This document shows, in pieces, positions 1 to 9,327 of a stretch of DNA of 32,000 nucleotides. The notes below the pieces were generated by a model. The model did not search any database. It was not told where the DNA came from and was given only the letters and a program-made list of their open reading frames with translations. Each line of letters starts with the position of its first letter. Positions within the stretch are counted from its first letter, which is position 1. Origin of the DNA: Gynuella sp. (lineage in GTDB: Bacteria; Pseudomonadota; Gammaproteobacteria; Pseudomonadales; Natronospirillaceae); NCBI GenBank assembly GCA_028282465.1, contig JANQHX010000094.1:38265-70264 (forward strand). The letters run 5' to 3'. A program made the translations under genes and the position numbers.

Positions 1-93
1 TTACAGTCGTGCTTTTTTTTGGGACAATCGGTCACGACAGTTAACCAATTTACTTTATACTGCTTGAAGTACTAATTTCGGAGACTCCCCAAA

Positions 94-1860
94 ATGAACC
101 TGTGGTATCGATTTTTAGCCTTGATTGCGATGGCATTACTGATGACGGCTTGCGGTCGTGTGCCTGATGAAGAGGATACAGGGGGCACGGATACCGGTAC
201 AGATACGGGAACAGGAACGGGTGTAAATGATGACGGCACTGTTGGTATCGGAGATGGAACAAGGGAAGGAGTGAGTTACTTGCCTCTATCTTTTTATTTA
301 CAACACGCAGAATACTGGGAGGATGCTGCAGATTCTTTTGTAATAGACACAGATGCTGACAGCTTTTATATCTGGAACTATATGATTCAGCCCATCCATT
401 CTTTTACAAGGGAAGCCATAACCACTGCAACCATAGAAGATTACTCCATTATTGAAGATGGCGAAGAAATAGAAGCAGAAGAGCAATTTCCCACACTCAA
501 CAGAGTAGCTAGCCCACCTATTAACCTGCTTACAGCGATTATCGTCGATGGCTCGCTGAGTGTTGCTGACTCAAGTGATATTGATGTTGATGAAGCTGCC
601 CTTATAGCTGAAATTAAAGAATTCATAACGCTGGCTCAAGCCAGTGATGACCCTAGTATCGCTAATCAACAATTTGTAGTTTGGCAGGTCGGAGAGTTTA
701 TAGAAGACGACTCGTACCCCAACGAATTTTGTTGTGACGTTACTAATATGAATTATATTTCTCAAGGTGCTGTTAATTTAGCAGATAGGAACTTTACTAC
801 TGATTCTGATGTGGTTGATGATGCTTTGGATGCGGTTTCATTTGGTCATTATGACTCTAACCTTTATATGGCTGTTGTTAAAGCCATTGGCATGAGAATA
901 GAAGCGCTTGCAGGCTTCCAAGAAATTGGAGAGCTTTTTTTCTTTGATGGCAACAACGACTTATATGATTTTGTTGGAGCAGATGGCATTCAACTCGGCA
1001 ACGTTTTACTTTTTTCAAAAGGCGGTGACGTTGGTGACGTTAGCCGAGAAGATTACATAAAGGCATTAGAATCTCAGGTTACTCTTAGATATGACACCAA
1101 CCCAGTACTAGATGAAGTTGATCTAGAAGGTAGCGGCAATGAACTTAATGATGATGATGAAGAGCAGGTCGTTAGCAGTCCAGTAACACAGATTTTAAAA
1201 CCTGTAATTTACCTTACACCAGTCAGTCAGAGTAATTTTGGTGATTCGGAGCAGTTTATTGCAGACAATGCGGAAGCTGTAATTCAAATTAGTCAGACTG
1301 GAAATTATGATTTTGCTGAAGATATTATTGCTGCCCAACAGGCAGCTATCTCAGCTCGTGTAGATCAAGATTCCGTTTATATGGTGAGATCGGAGCTAGG
1401 CTTTAGAACAGGGAATCACACTCGCGAATTTACGTCTGCCTCTAGCAATGGGGGTTACAATTACACCTTAGGTGTTGAGCTAATTGAAATGAACGGTGGT
1501 ACAGTACCTTTGGCTTTTTGCTATCTAGATACAGTTCTAGAACTCATGGGCCCCAACGAAGAATACCTTTCCAATTTAACCATCAGCAGATCTGAGTTTA
1601 ATCGTGTTTACGCCCATACCCTTTGGACAAATACTGAGTATCAAGCCAATGATTACAATTGGTCAGGCACAGCCGCGTTCGTAGACAATAATGATGGCAG
1701 TATCAACCTCACCGGAAATGGAACCATCACCCTGACCAACACAAACCCTCAATTTGCCGCTGCAAGAGCTGCGTGCCCTCAGGTGGCAATTCCGAATACT
1801 AACCCGATACAGTACACGGACAGGGTTGATACCGGAATTACCTATACAATTACCGACTAA
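94..1860 (+). CDS. Secreted lipoprotein with Asp/Gly/Thr-rich linker and divergent VWA-like domain
   Basis: 588-aa ORF; N-terminal hydrophobic signal with lipobox-like LLMTAC; linker DTGGTDTGTDTGTGTG; internal pattern TAIIVDGSLS...HYDSNLYMAVVKAI...NVLLFSKGGD resembling VWA/MIDAS strands. Confidence 0.75.
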   Translation: MNLWYRFLALIAMALLMTACGRVPDEEDTGGTDTGTDTGTGTGVNDDGTVGIGDGTREGVSYLPLSFYLQHAEYWEDAADSFVIDTDADSFYIWNYMIQPIHSFTREAITTATIEDYSIIEDGEEIEAEEQFPTLNRVASPPINLLTAIIVDGSLSVADSSDIDVDEAALIAEIKEFITLAQASDDPSIANQQFVVWQVGEFIEDDSYPNEFCCDVTNMNYISQGAVNLADRNFTTDSDVVDDALDAVSFGHYDSNLYMAVVKAIGMRIEALAGFQEIGELFFFDGNNDLYDFVGADGIQLGNVLLFSKGGDVGDVSREDYIKALESQVTLRYDTNPVLDEVDLEGSGNELNDDDEEQVVSSPVTQILKPVIYLTPVSQSNFGDSEQFIADNAEAVIQISQTGNYDFAEDIIAAQQAAISARVDQDSVYMVRSELGFRTGNHTREFTSASSNGGYNYTLGVELIEMNGGTVPLAFCYLDTVLELMGPNEEYLSNLTISRSEFNRVYAHTLWTNTEYQANDYNWSGTAAFVDNNDGSINLTGNGTITLTNTNPQFAAARAACPQVAIPNTNPIQYTDRVDTGITYTITD

Positions 1861-1865
1861 ATAAA

Positions 1866-1893
1866 AAACCCGGCTTATTTGCCGGGTTCTTTA
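1866..1893. terminator. Bidirectional intrinsic terminator between convergent genes
   Basis: AACCCGGC-TTATTT-GCCGGGTT stem with A-run on the left and T-rich stretch on the right. Confidence 0.8.
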
Positions 1894-2718
1894 TTTCAAC
1901 TGAATCTTCTCAAACACAACATCAGACGGGCGGCTTTTCATTTTCACTTTACGCCATTGCTGTTCAGCCTTTTCTCGAGATGTAAATGGTCCTAAATAGA
2001 CTTGAGTTTTTTTATCTCTCAGGCGTACAAATTTTTTCACATCATCATTAAGCAATGGATAATTTAGCTGCCATTTTGCAGGCGTTTTTTGGTATTCAAT
2101 TACTACCCAATAACCTGAAATAAAAAATACATCATTTTCTTTTGATTCTTTTTCTTCTTCTGGAATTTGACCAGTAAGCTCATCCAATTTTGCTGCTAGC
2201 GGAAATTTTTTAAATTTCCAACGTATCCCAAAACCTGCGCTGCCTGTTTTATCTCCTTCAAAGAAGCCGGTTTTGTAAGATGAATAAAAATAAGATTGAA
2301 AAGGCGCTTCAACTTCTAGATTAAGTCTTACTCCTGTTTCTAGCTGGCTTTGCCACTGTTCTATATACACTTGATCTTGATATTCGAAATACCAATTCGA
2401 AAAACCAAATGTTGCAAAGGGCTCAACATCGAATGGGCCAACATCAACAAGATGAATGCCGATCCCAAATTCTGTCACTAGGTCGTCGGTAGCAACCACA
2501 CTGTCTTGAACTTGGTATTTCTTTGAGAATCGATAGCTATAGCCCGTGTAAAAGGTAAGTAGCGTTCCGATATCTTGGTTTAAGCCGATTGAAACGCCTG
2601 TAGTTTTCACTCGAGGGTCATTAAAAAACTGTGTGTGTACTCCAAGAGCATTGCACTGTTGAGAAACAAACATCAGGGCACAGGAACTCACTGCTACTGT
2701 AAACGCTACCCGCCTCAT
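1891..2718 (-). CDS. Exported outer-membrane beta-barrel-like protein with C-terminal SPOR-like segment
   Basis: 275-aa ORF with signal peptide, alternating beta-strand pattern, and C-terminal QVYLGPFTSREKAEQQWRKVK resembling SPOR repeats. Confidence 0.7.
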   Translation of the reverse strand: MRRVAFTVAVSSCALMFVSQQCNALGVHTQFFNDPRVKTTGVSIGLNQDIGTLLTFYTGYSYRFSKKYQVQDSVVATDDLVTEFGIGIHLVDVGPFDVEPFATFGFSNWYFEYQDQVYIEQWQSQLETGVRLNLEVEAPFQSYFYSSYKTGFFEGDKTGSAGFGIRWKFKKFPLAAKLDELTGQIPEEEKESKENDVFFISGYWVVIEYQKTPAKWQLNYPLLNDDVKKFVRLRDKKTQVYLGPFTSREKAEQQWRKVKMKSRPSDVVFEKIQLK

Positions 2719-2794
2719 TTTGTCTCGCTACAATTCTGCCTAGAATTAATGGTATCGGCTAAGTTGAGCTTTTCTTGATAGCCCCTAATGTAAA

Positions 2795-5700
2795 TTAGGT
2801 TTGTTTTTGCATTCTTTGGATTTTAGTAATTCCTTTTAACCTGTGGGAGATTTCTTCAATGGTTAGAAGTACACCAGGTACTAAAAACAGGATTAATAAA
2901 GTACCAAAGGCAAGCCCAAATACGATCACCGCAGCCATTGGAATCAAAAATTGAGCGTCGAAAGAGTCCTCAAAAAGTAATGGTGTCAGCCCTGCTATAG
3001 TGGTGATTGAAGTTAGCAATACCGGGCGCAATCTCTGACAGGCGGCTTCGATAACAGCTTCAGTAATTTCCATACCCTCTGCCTTGAGACGACGATAAAA
3101 ACTAATCAATACAATGGAGTCATTGATGACGATGCCTGCTAACCCAAATAGACCGAACATGGATAACAGGGTCATGTCCAAGTCCATCACCCAAAGCCCT
3201 ATAAGCGCACCAGTAAACCCGAAAGGCACAGATACCAAAACTGCCAGTGGCCATGTCCAGCTTTCGAACACCCAAGCTAAAATTCCAAAAACTATTAAGA
3301 ACGAAATGATTGCGCCAAAGAGCATGTCGTTATAAACCTGCCGCTCCTCCCGACGATCTCCTTCAACATTAGAAATTACGCCAAACTCAGACTCAATGGA
3401 TGGCAATACCTCTTGCATCAGCTGCTCTTGAATCAAAGTGGTGCTGGCTTGGTTATCGTCAACATCAGCCGTGACGACCACCGACAACTCACCGTCCTGA
3501 CGTCTTAGGCTGTCTAATCCCCTACCGACATCCACTTGAAGTAAGCTGGCAAGAGGAAGCCAATCACCATTGCTAAGCGTAACAGGCAAACTGTTCAAAC
3601 TACTGAGCCTGTCTCTCTGCTCTTCTGGTAGCTCAATTAGAATATCAACCTCATCTCCGCCATCTTGAATAAACTGCACTTTTCGGCCATCCAACATCGC
3701 CTGTAAGTCACTGGCTAGGCCAGCCATATTCACCCCCATGGTCCTGGCTTCAGGGGTTAGCGAAAATCGCCATTGCTCTGATCCGTATGGAAGGTCATCT
3801 TTTAGGTCACTCACGCCCTGAAAATTTCTCATGGCATCCTGGACGGATAGAGAAGCAAACTTAAGCTGGTCAGTATCCTCACCTTCTAACCTCACGGTTA
3901 AATCGCTGTATGGACTGCCCCATCTGGCTCGGCCAAAGGTAATTTTTTCTACACCTGGAGGAATATCAACCTTGGCTCGCCAAAGGCTCACAAGCTGCTG
4001 ATTGGTTAAAGGTCGGTCTGTTGACGCTTCCAACTCCACCTTAACCGAGCCAGTACCAGGCCCTCTCTCCCTCTGCTCTAGCGTAACGGTGTTAATGAAA
4101 CCGTAGCCGGTTTCCCGTTCAACCTCCCGTAACTTTTGTTCCATTTCTGCAAGAAATTCAGCCACTCTTTCTTCAGTAGTGCCAACGGCGAACTCTACAT
4201 CTACCGTCATGGAGGGTCGCTCTATTGATGGCCAAAGCCTAAGATTAATATGCCCTTCATCCAACAGACCTTTTGCCAATATGAATACACAGATAAAAAC
4301 TGTAAAAAGTCCGAGACGATAGTTAAGAGCCCAGGTCAGCGCTGGTCTAAACACTTGATCGCGGAATGCATATACATAGCCGTCAACGGTTTCTCTAAAT
4401 TTGCTGGGCTGGCTTTTCTTTTTCTTCATGCTGTGAGCCAAATGACCCGGCAAAATAAAAAAGCATTCAATGAGTGACGCGATGATGGCACAAACAACTA
4501 TTTCAGGAATATCTCGCATAATAGCGCCACGAATGCCATCGATAAGAAGCAGCGGCAAAAAAGCCGCAACGGTAGTTAAACTCGAAGCCAGGACTGGAGG
4601 CCACATCCGCTTCGCCGCCATCACTGCTGCATCCGTTGCACTGTAACCTTGCTCTCGCAGAACCATGCAGTCTTCGCCGACTACAATGGCATCATCAACC
4701 ACAATTCCCAGAGCAATCATAAATCCAAACAAGCTAATGACATTGATGGTGAGATCATTTACATCCATGAAAATGAATGTCACAAAAAAGCTGATAGGAA
4801 TTCCCGCAACAACCCAGATTGCTAACCTGTGGTTAAGAAAAACAAACAGCACGACTAAAACCAGAACCATTCCGAAAAACGCATTCCAACCCACCAAACT
4901 CATCCGGGATTCAAGAAATGCCCATTGCTCATCGAACGCATAAATTTCAATGCCTTCAGGTAGTGTCGGCCTTACTTCTTCTAACCAGTCGATGTAAATC
5001 TGCGCCATGTCTAAACTGTCTTGGCCTACAGCTCGGCGCAAGTCGAATTCGATGGCTGGGTTACCCTGGTAGAATATCGCGTGATAGTCGTCTTCCAGTT
5101 TTCGCTCAATATGTGCAAGGTCGCCCAACCGCAATTGCGCACCGGTTTCCAAATCAGTTCCGATAATTAAATCAGAGTATTCATTAACGGTTCGCGCTTG
5201 CCCCTGAGCTCTGAGCTGAGTTGCAATGTCTCGATCACCGGCAACACCAGCGGGTAAGTTATTACTCTCTGTATTAATTGCTCCAGCGAGTCCATTGAGG
5301 GTGAGTCCATTATCAAGAAGATTTTCAACAGGGACTTGAATACTTACTTGTTCTGAAGGCATCCCTCTAACCCTTACTTGGGCGATCCCTTCATTCAGTA
5401 ACTCTAACCTGAGTTTTCTTGCCAAGGGGATAAGCTCCGCGATACCTACATCACCATGAATTAACAAATTCACCAAAGGTTCGTAACGAATCACTGGATT
5501 CACAGAAGGGTCATCGACACCCTCCGGTAAATTTACGACTGCAATGGCGTCTTCAATGTCTTCAACCCCCTGTTTTAGGTCTGCACCCTCCAACATGCGG
5601 ATTGAAAGATTAACGGAGCTTTCGCGACTGGTTGTAGACACTCGATCGACACCCGTTAAACCAATGATGGCATTCTCGAGTGGCACACCCAAAGCTTCTT

Positions 5701-5881
5701 GAACATCTTCGGCGCTGGCACCATCCCAGGTGGCGTTAACATTGATTCTGTCGATATCAAAGTCAGGAAAATATTGTCTATTCACATGGCTGAGTGACCA
5801 GGCACCAACGATCAAAACCAATAACATCAACCCATTAGCTGCTATGCGATGCCGAGTGAGAGTTTCAATTAAGCCACCCAT
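2795..5881 (-). CDS. RND-family efflux transporter inner-membrane (permease) subunit
   Basis: 1028 aa; typical AcrB/MdtB-type sequence, e.g. DRVSTTSRESS, GIVVDDAIVVGED in TM4, GLFGLAGIVINDSIVLI. Confidence 0.95.
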   Translation of the reverse strand: MGGLIETLTRHRIAANGLMLLVLIVGAWSLSHVNRQYFPDFDIDRINVNATWDGASAEDVQEALGVPLENAIIGLTGVDRVSTTSRESSVNLSIRMLEGADLKQGVEDIEDAIAVVNLPEGVDDPSVNPVIRYEPLVNLLIHGDVGIAELIPLARKLRLELLNEGIAQVRVRGMPSEQVSIQVPVENLLDNGLTLNGLAGAINTESNNLPAGVAGDRDIATQLRAQGQARTVNEYSDLIIGTDLETGAQLRLGDLAHIERKLEDDYHAIFYQGNPAIEFDLRRAVGQDSLDMAQIYIDWLEEVRPTLPEGIEIYAFDEQWAFLESRMSLVGWNAFFGMVLVLVVLFVFLNHRLAIWVVAGIPISFFVTFIFMDVNDLTINVISLFGFMIALGIVVDDAIVVGEDCMVLREQGYSATDAAVMAAKRMWPPVLASSLTTVAAFLPLLLIDGIRGAIMRDIPEIVVCAIIASLIECFFILPGHLAHSMKKKKSQPSKFRETVDGYVYAFRDQVFRPALTWALNYRLGLFTVFICVFILAKGLLDEGHINLRLWPSIERPSMTVDVEFAVGTTEERVAEFLAEMEQKLREVERETGYGFINTVTLEQRERGPGTGSVKVELEASTDRPLTNQQLVSLWRAKVDIPPGVEKITFGRARWGSPYSDLTVRLEGEDTDQLKFASLSVQDAMRNFQGVSDLKDDLPYGSEQWRFSLTPEARTMGVNMAGLASDLQAMLDGRKVQFIQDGGDEVDILIELPEEQRDRLSSLNSLPVTLSNGDWLPLASLLQVDVGRGLDSLRRQDGELSVVVTADVDDNQASTTLIQEQLMQEVLPSIESEFGVISNVEGDRREERQVYNDMLFGAIISFLIVFGILAWVFESWTWPLAVLVSVPFGFTGALIGLWVMDLDMTLLSMFGLFGLAGIVINDSIVLISFYRRLKAEGMEITEAVIEAACQRLRPVLLTSITTIAGLTPLLFEDSFDAQFLIPMAAVIVFGLAFGTLLILFLVPGVLLTIEEISHRLKGITKIQRMQKQT

Positions 5882-5882
5882 G

Positions 5883-7292
5883 TCATAGCCCTCCTAACGC
5901 TCTTACCTGCAACCCTGTGGCTGCGTTGGGCAACCTTGTCACTAACACTTGTTGGCCTGAACTCAGATCATTAGAAGCCACTAGCGCCCAAGTATCCCCG
6001 TTGTTAGTTAATTGACCTTGAAGCTCCACAGGAACAGCTTTTAGCAGTCCATCTTCAATCCGGTAAATTACGCGGTTTTCGTAAAGGCTGGATGCCGGAA
6101 CTGAATAAACATCCTCTAATACCGGAAGTGCTACACGTATTTGTAAATGCTTGCCCAAGGCTTCATAAGTTTGGTTTTCAAACTTGAATCTAGCTGCAAT
6201 CACTCCGTTATTCGCCACTGAATCCAAATCCGTCATCGTAAGCTCATAGCCATTGGCTTGAGCTGTCACTCCATCGGCTTTCCATAAAGAAGATGCCCAC
6301 CGCAATGGCACTTTAGTTTCCAAACCCATTCTTGTTTCATCGAAAACCAACACCAACTCTTGATTGGCGGTAACAGACTCGCCCAGTTCCACATTTATTT
6401 GACCAATCACACCATCAAACGGAGCAATCACCTTGGCTTCGGATAATTGCCTTTCAGCTTCTTCCAGTTGAGATGCTGCTTCACGTGTTTGAGCTTCCAT
6501 CTGAGTCAAACTGTCTTCATGTTTGGCAATTGAAAATTCGCGATTCTGAACATTGAGTAATTGAGTCTGATAATTTTTAAGAGCAGTCTCATAGTCGTTA
6601 GACGAAGTCAGCTGCTGACTCGATAAATTCTCATATCGCTGCAAACTCAACTTAGCAATGCGCAACAGTTCTTTATCAATCTCTAAAGCTTTGATATCTC
6701 CTTCCTGTCGTAATTTTTCCAACCGAATACCTGCTTGTGAGTTTTCGACACGAGCTTGGAGTTGCTTAACCTGGCTTTTTAAATCCTCGGCATTTAATAC
6801 CACTAGAGTTTGCCCAGCTTGAACTCTATCACCAGCATTCACAAGCAACGACTTCACGTCTGTACTGAATGGCGCAGCTAGCCATTGCTGCTGATAACTT
6901 TTTACTTTGCCATATAAGGTTATTTCTGGGGTGTAGCTACCCGATTCCAAAGTCAGTGCCGACACCGTTGCTGCGGAAGTTTTTCCAAAGGTTCTACTGC
7001 GGTTCGAGGTTTGTTTTCCCTGTGTGTATTGCTCTTGCTGATTTGAAGTTTTGCTAGTGCCAGTGTCTGTGCTGGTATCAGTTTTTTTACTGACTTCTGC
7101 ATTTGAATCTGCTGAATCAGATTGCTGGTTGCTTCCGCTAGGCTTCGCTGATGCTTGAGCACTTGCTGGAGGCCCGCCCCAAGCATTGGCTTTAGGGGCT
7201 GTAGCAGTAATCACTTGATATAAAAAAAACGACGCCAGAATAACCAATACTGGCACTATCAGCTTTAATGATAGTTTTGAAGGCATAGACAT
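5883..7292 (-). CDS. RND efflux periplasmic adaptor (HlyD/AcrA-type membrane fusion protein)
   Basis: 469 aa; N-terminal membrane anchor, lipoyl-like halves (AGDRVQAGQTLVVLNAEDLKSQV and VIAPFDGVIGQINVELGESVTANQELVLV), coiled coil; 1 nt upstream of the RND pump gene. Confidence 0.93.
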   Translation of the reverse strand: MSMPSKLSLKLIVPVLVILASFFLYQVITATAPKANAWGGPPASAQASAKPSGSNQQSDSADSNAEVSKKTDTSTDTGTSKTSNQQEQYTQGKQTSNRSRTFGKTSAATVSALTLESGSYTPEITLYGKVKSYQQQWLAAPFSTDVKSLLVNAGDRVQAGQTLVVLNAEDLKSQVKQLQARVENSQAGIRLEKLRQEGDIKALEIDKELLRIAKLSLQRYENLSSQQLTSSNDYETALKNYQTQLLNVQNREFSIAKHEDSLTQMEAQTREAASQLEEAERQLSEAKVIAPFDGVIGQINVELGESVTANQELVLVFDETRMGLETKVPLRWASSLWKADGVTAQANGYELTMTDLDSVANNGVIAARFKFENQTYEALGKHLQIRVALPVLEDVYSVPASSLYENRVIYRIEDGLLKAVPVELQGQLTNNGDTWALVASNDLSSGQQVLVTRLPNAATGLQVRALGGL

Positions 7293-7531
7293 GGGGCTGG
7301 TCTCGAATCCTAATTTGGTAGAGGAAACTTACTCTTTCTGATACGGGACAAAAAGTTAATCAGAGTAAATAGACAGAAAACCTATGGGTACTGTCTGGGA
7401 CTGTCATTTTGTGCTGGATTTGGGACCGCTCATCACGTGATCTTATCTTTTTGACAATCGTTTATGCCTTGATAACTGGACTCAGGTAATCTTTTCTGTA
7501 TCCAGGATGGATTCAATCATAGGAATGAAGT

Positions 7532-9034
7532 ATGTCGTTAGCCATTGTCGCCACCCGTGCTAGGGTTGGAATTGAAGCACCAGAAGTAGTGGTTGAAGTG
7601 CACTTGTCTAATGGTTTGCCAGGCCTTTCGATGGTCGGGCTACCTGAAACGGCAGTCAAAGAAGCTAAAGACAGAGTTCGATCTGCCATCATTAACTCTC
7701 ACTTTGAATTTCCGCAAAAAAAAATCACAATTAATTTGGCACCAGCAGATTTACCCAAGGAAGGCGGTAGATTTGATTTAGCAATCGCCATAGGTATTTT
7801 AGCTGCATCTGGACAAATCCCAGCCAATGTTTTGAAAGAGTTTGAGTTCTTGGGTGAATTAGCACTCACTGGCGAAATCAGAGCCATAAACGGAGTACTA
7901 CCTGCCAGTATCAAATGCTCTGAGTCGTCCCGACAACTTCTTGTTCCCATCCAAAATGCAGATGAAGCCTGTTTGTGTAAGCAAGCCCAAGTCATTCCCA
8001 TTCGACATTTATTGGATGCTTGTGCGCACTTAACTGGGCAAGATCCATTGCCATTTCATCATCAAGAACACACCCAACCTATTAGTAATTTAAATCATCC
8101 AGATCTCAAAGATGTTAAAGGCCAAGCCAGTGCGAAAAGAGCGCTAGAGGTTGCGGCAGCCGGTAAACATAACCTTCTCTATTACGGGCCACCAGGTACC
8201 GGCAAAACTCTGCTAGCGAGCAGATTACCAGGTATATTGCCCAATATGACTGAAAAAGAGATGCTGGAGGTCGCTTCTGTTCATTCCATCGCGGGAGTGA
8301 AGCAGCATACTTGGTATCAACGGCCATTTCGCGCCCCACACCACACCTCTTCAGGTGTAGCCTTGGTCGGAGGCGGATCAAGTCCAAGGCCAGGGGAAAT
8401 AACCCTTGCGCACAATGGAGTGCTATTTTTGGACGAGCTTCCAGAATTTCCAAGATCAGTTTTAGATGTACTAAGAGAGCCAATGGAATCTGGAGAGATT
8501 GTCATCTCAAGAGCAGCAAGGCAGCTCACTTTCCCAGCTCGCTTTCAGTTAATTGCTGCGATGAATCCCAGTCCCGGTGGTTACAGTGCCACTGATTCAA
8601 GAAGTGCTGGCTACACTCAAGATCAAATTAAAAAATACCTATCCAGAATCAGTGGCCCATTTTTAGATCGCATGGATATGTATGTTGAAGTGGCACCGGT
8701 ACCCACCGAATTACTTGGCAAACCGAGCCAAGAAGAAACCAGTTCAGCTGTGAGAGAACGTGTTACTAAGGCTTTTGAGATTCAACTATTAAGACAAGAA
8801 AAATCTAATTCAGAACTATTGCCTGCAGAAATAGATACATTGTGTGAATTAAACAGTGAAGACAGAAATTTATTAGATAAGTCCATTCAAAGACTCGGCT
8901 TATCGGCGAGATCCTATCATCGAATACTCAAGGTAAGCCGCACGCTTGCGGATTTAGAGTCAGAACCAAAGATACAAAGAAAGCACATTACTGAAGCATT
9001 GGGTTATAGACAATTAGATAAGTTGTTAGGATGA
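7532..9034 (+). CDS. comM: YifB/ComM family magnesium-chelatase-like AAA+ ATPase (competence-related helicase)
   Basis: 500 aa; MSLAIVATRARVGIEAPEVVVEVHLSNGLPGLSMVGLPE, Walker A GPPGTGKT, Mg-chelatase region RAPHHTSSGVALVGGG, Walker B FLDELPEF. Confidence 0.96.
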   Translation: MSLAIVATRARVGIEAPEVVVEVHLSNGLPGLSMVGLPETAVKEAKDRVRSAIINSHFEFPQKKITINLAPADLPKEGGRFDLAIAIGILAASGQIPANVLKEFEFLGELALTGEIRAINGVLPASIKCSESSRQLLVPIQNADEACLCKQAQVIPIRHLLDACAHLTGQDPLPFHHQEHTQPISNLNHPDLKDVKGQASAKRALEVAAAGKHNLLYYGPPGTGKTLLASRLPGILPNMTEKEMLEVASVHSIAGVKQHTWYQRPFRAPHHTSSGVALVGGGSSPRPGEITLAHNGVLFLDELPEFPRSVLDVLREPMESGEIVISRAARQLTFPARFQLIAAMNPSPGGYSATDSRSAGYTQDQIKKYLSRISGPFLDRMDMYVEVAPVPTELLGKPSQEETSSAVRERVTKAFEIQLLRQEKSNSELLPAEIDTLCELNSEDRNLLDKSIQRLGLSARSYHRILKVSRTLADLESEPKIQRKHITEALGYRQLDKLLG

Positions 9035-9327
9035 AGATATAACAGGAATAACAGCCAATTTATTGCGTGTTTTTTCTTACAGAAATCTTTAGTTTTTACC
9101 TGAACTCACATAGAAACTTTATGTAAGCCCTTACAACTTGAGATTTTTATCTGACCAAACAGGTTAAATAGTTTCGTTATTTGTCATTTATTTGCCAATT
9201 AACGACACCGCTTTAGGACTATATAAAAAATCGTTATAGTTTTTTTGTAGAGGACTAATGAACCTAGAATATTTTCCCTGTAAAGTTTAATAATTAAAAT
9301 AAATTAAGAAAATAAATAGTCACCATT

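Noticed and set aside
7441-7480. TTGACA upstream of comM as a promoter -35
   Set aside because: No convincing -10 hexamer at 16-18 nt spacing, so not reported as a promoter.
7699-8595. Several ORFs antisense or frame-shifted within comM, and similar ones in rep, the RND pump, the antiporter and kinase genes
   Set aside because: All lie inside strongly supported coding genes in alternative frames and lack independent motifs.
5883-9034. RND-comM region as a defence or resistance island
   Set aside because: Genes are ordinary core families (adaptor, pump, comM) with no mobile-element hallmarks.
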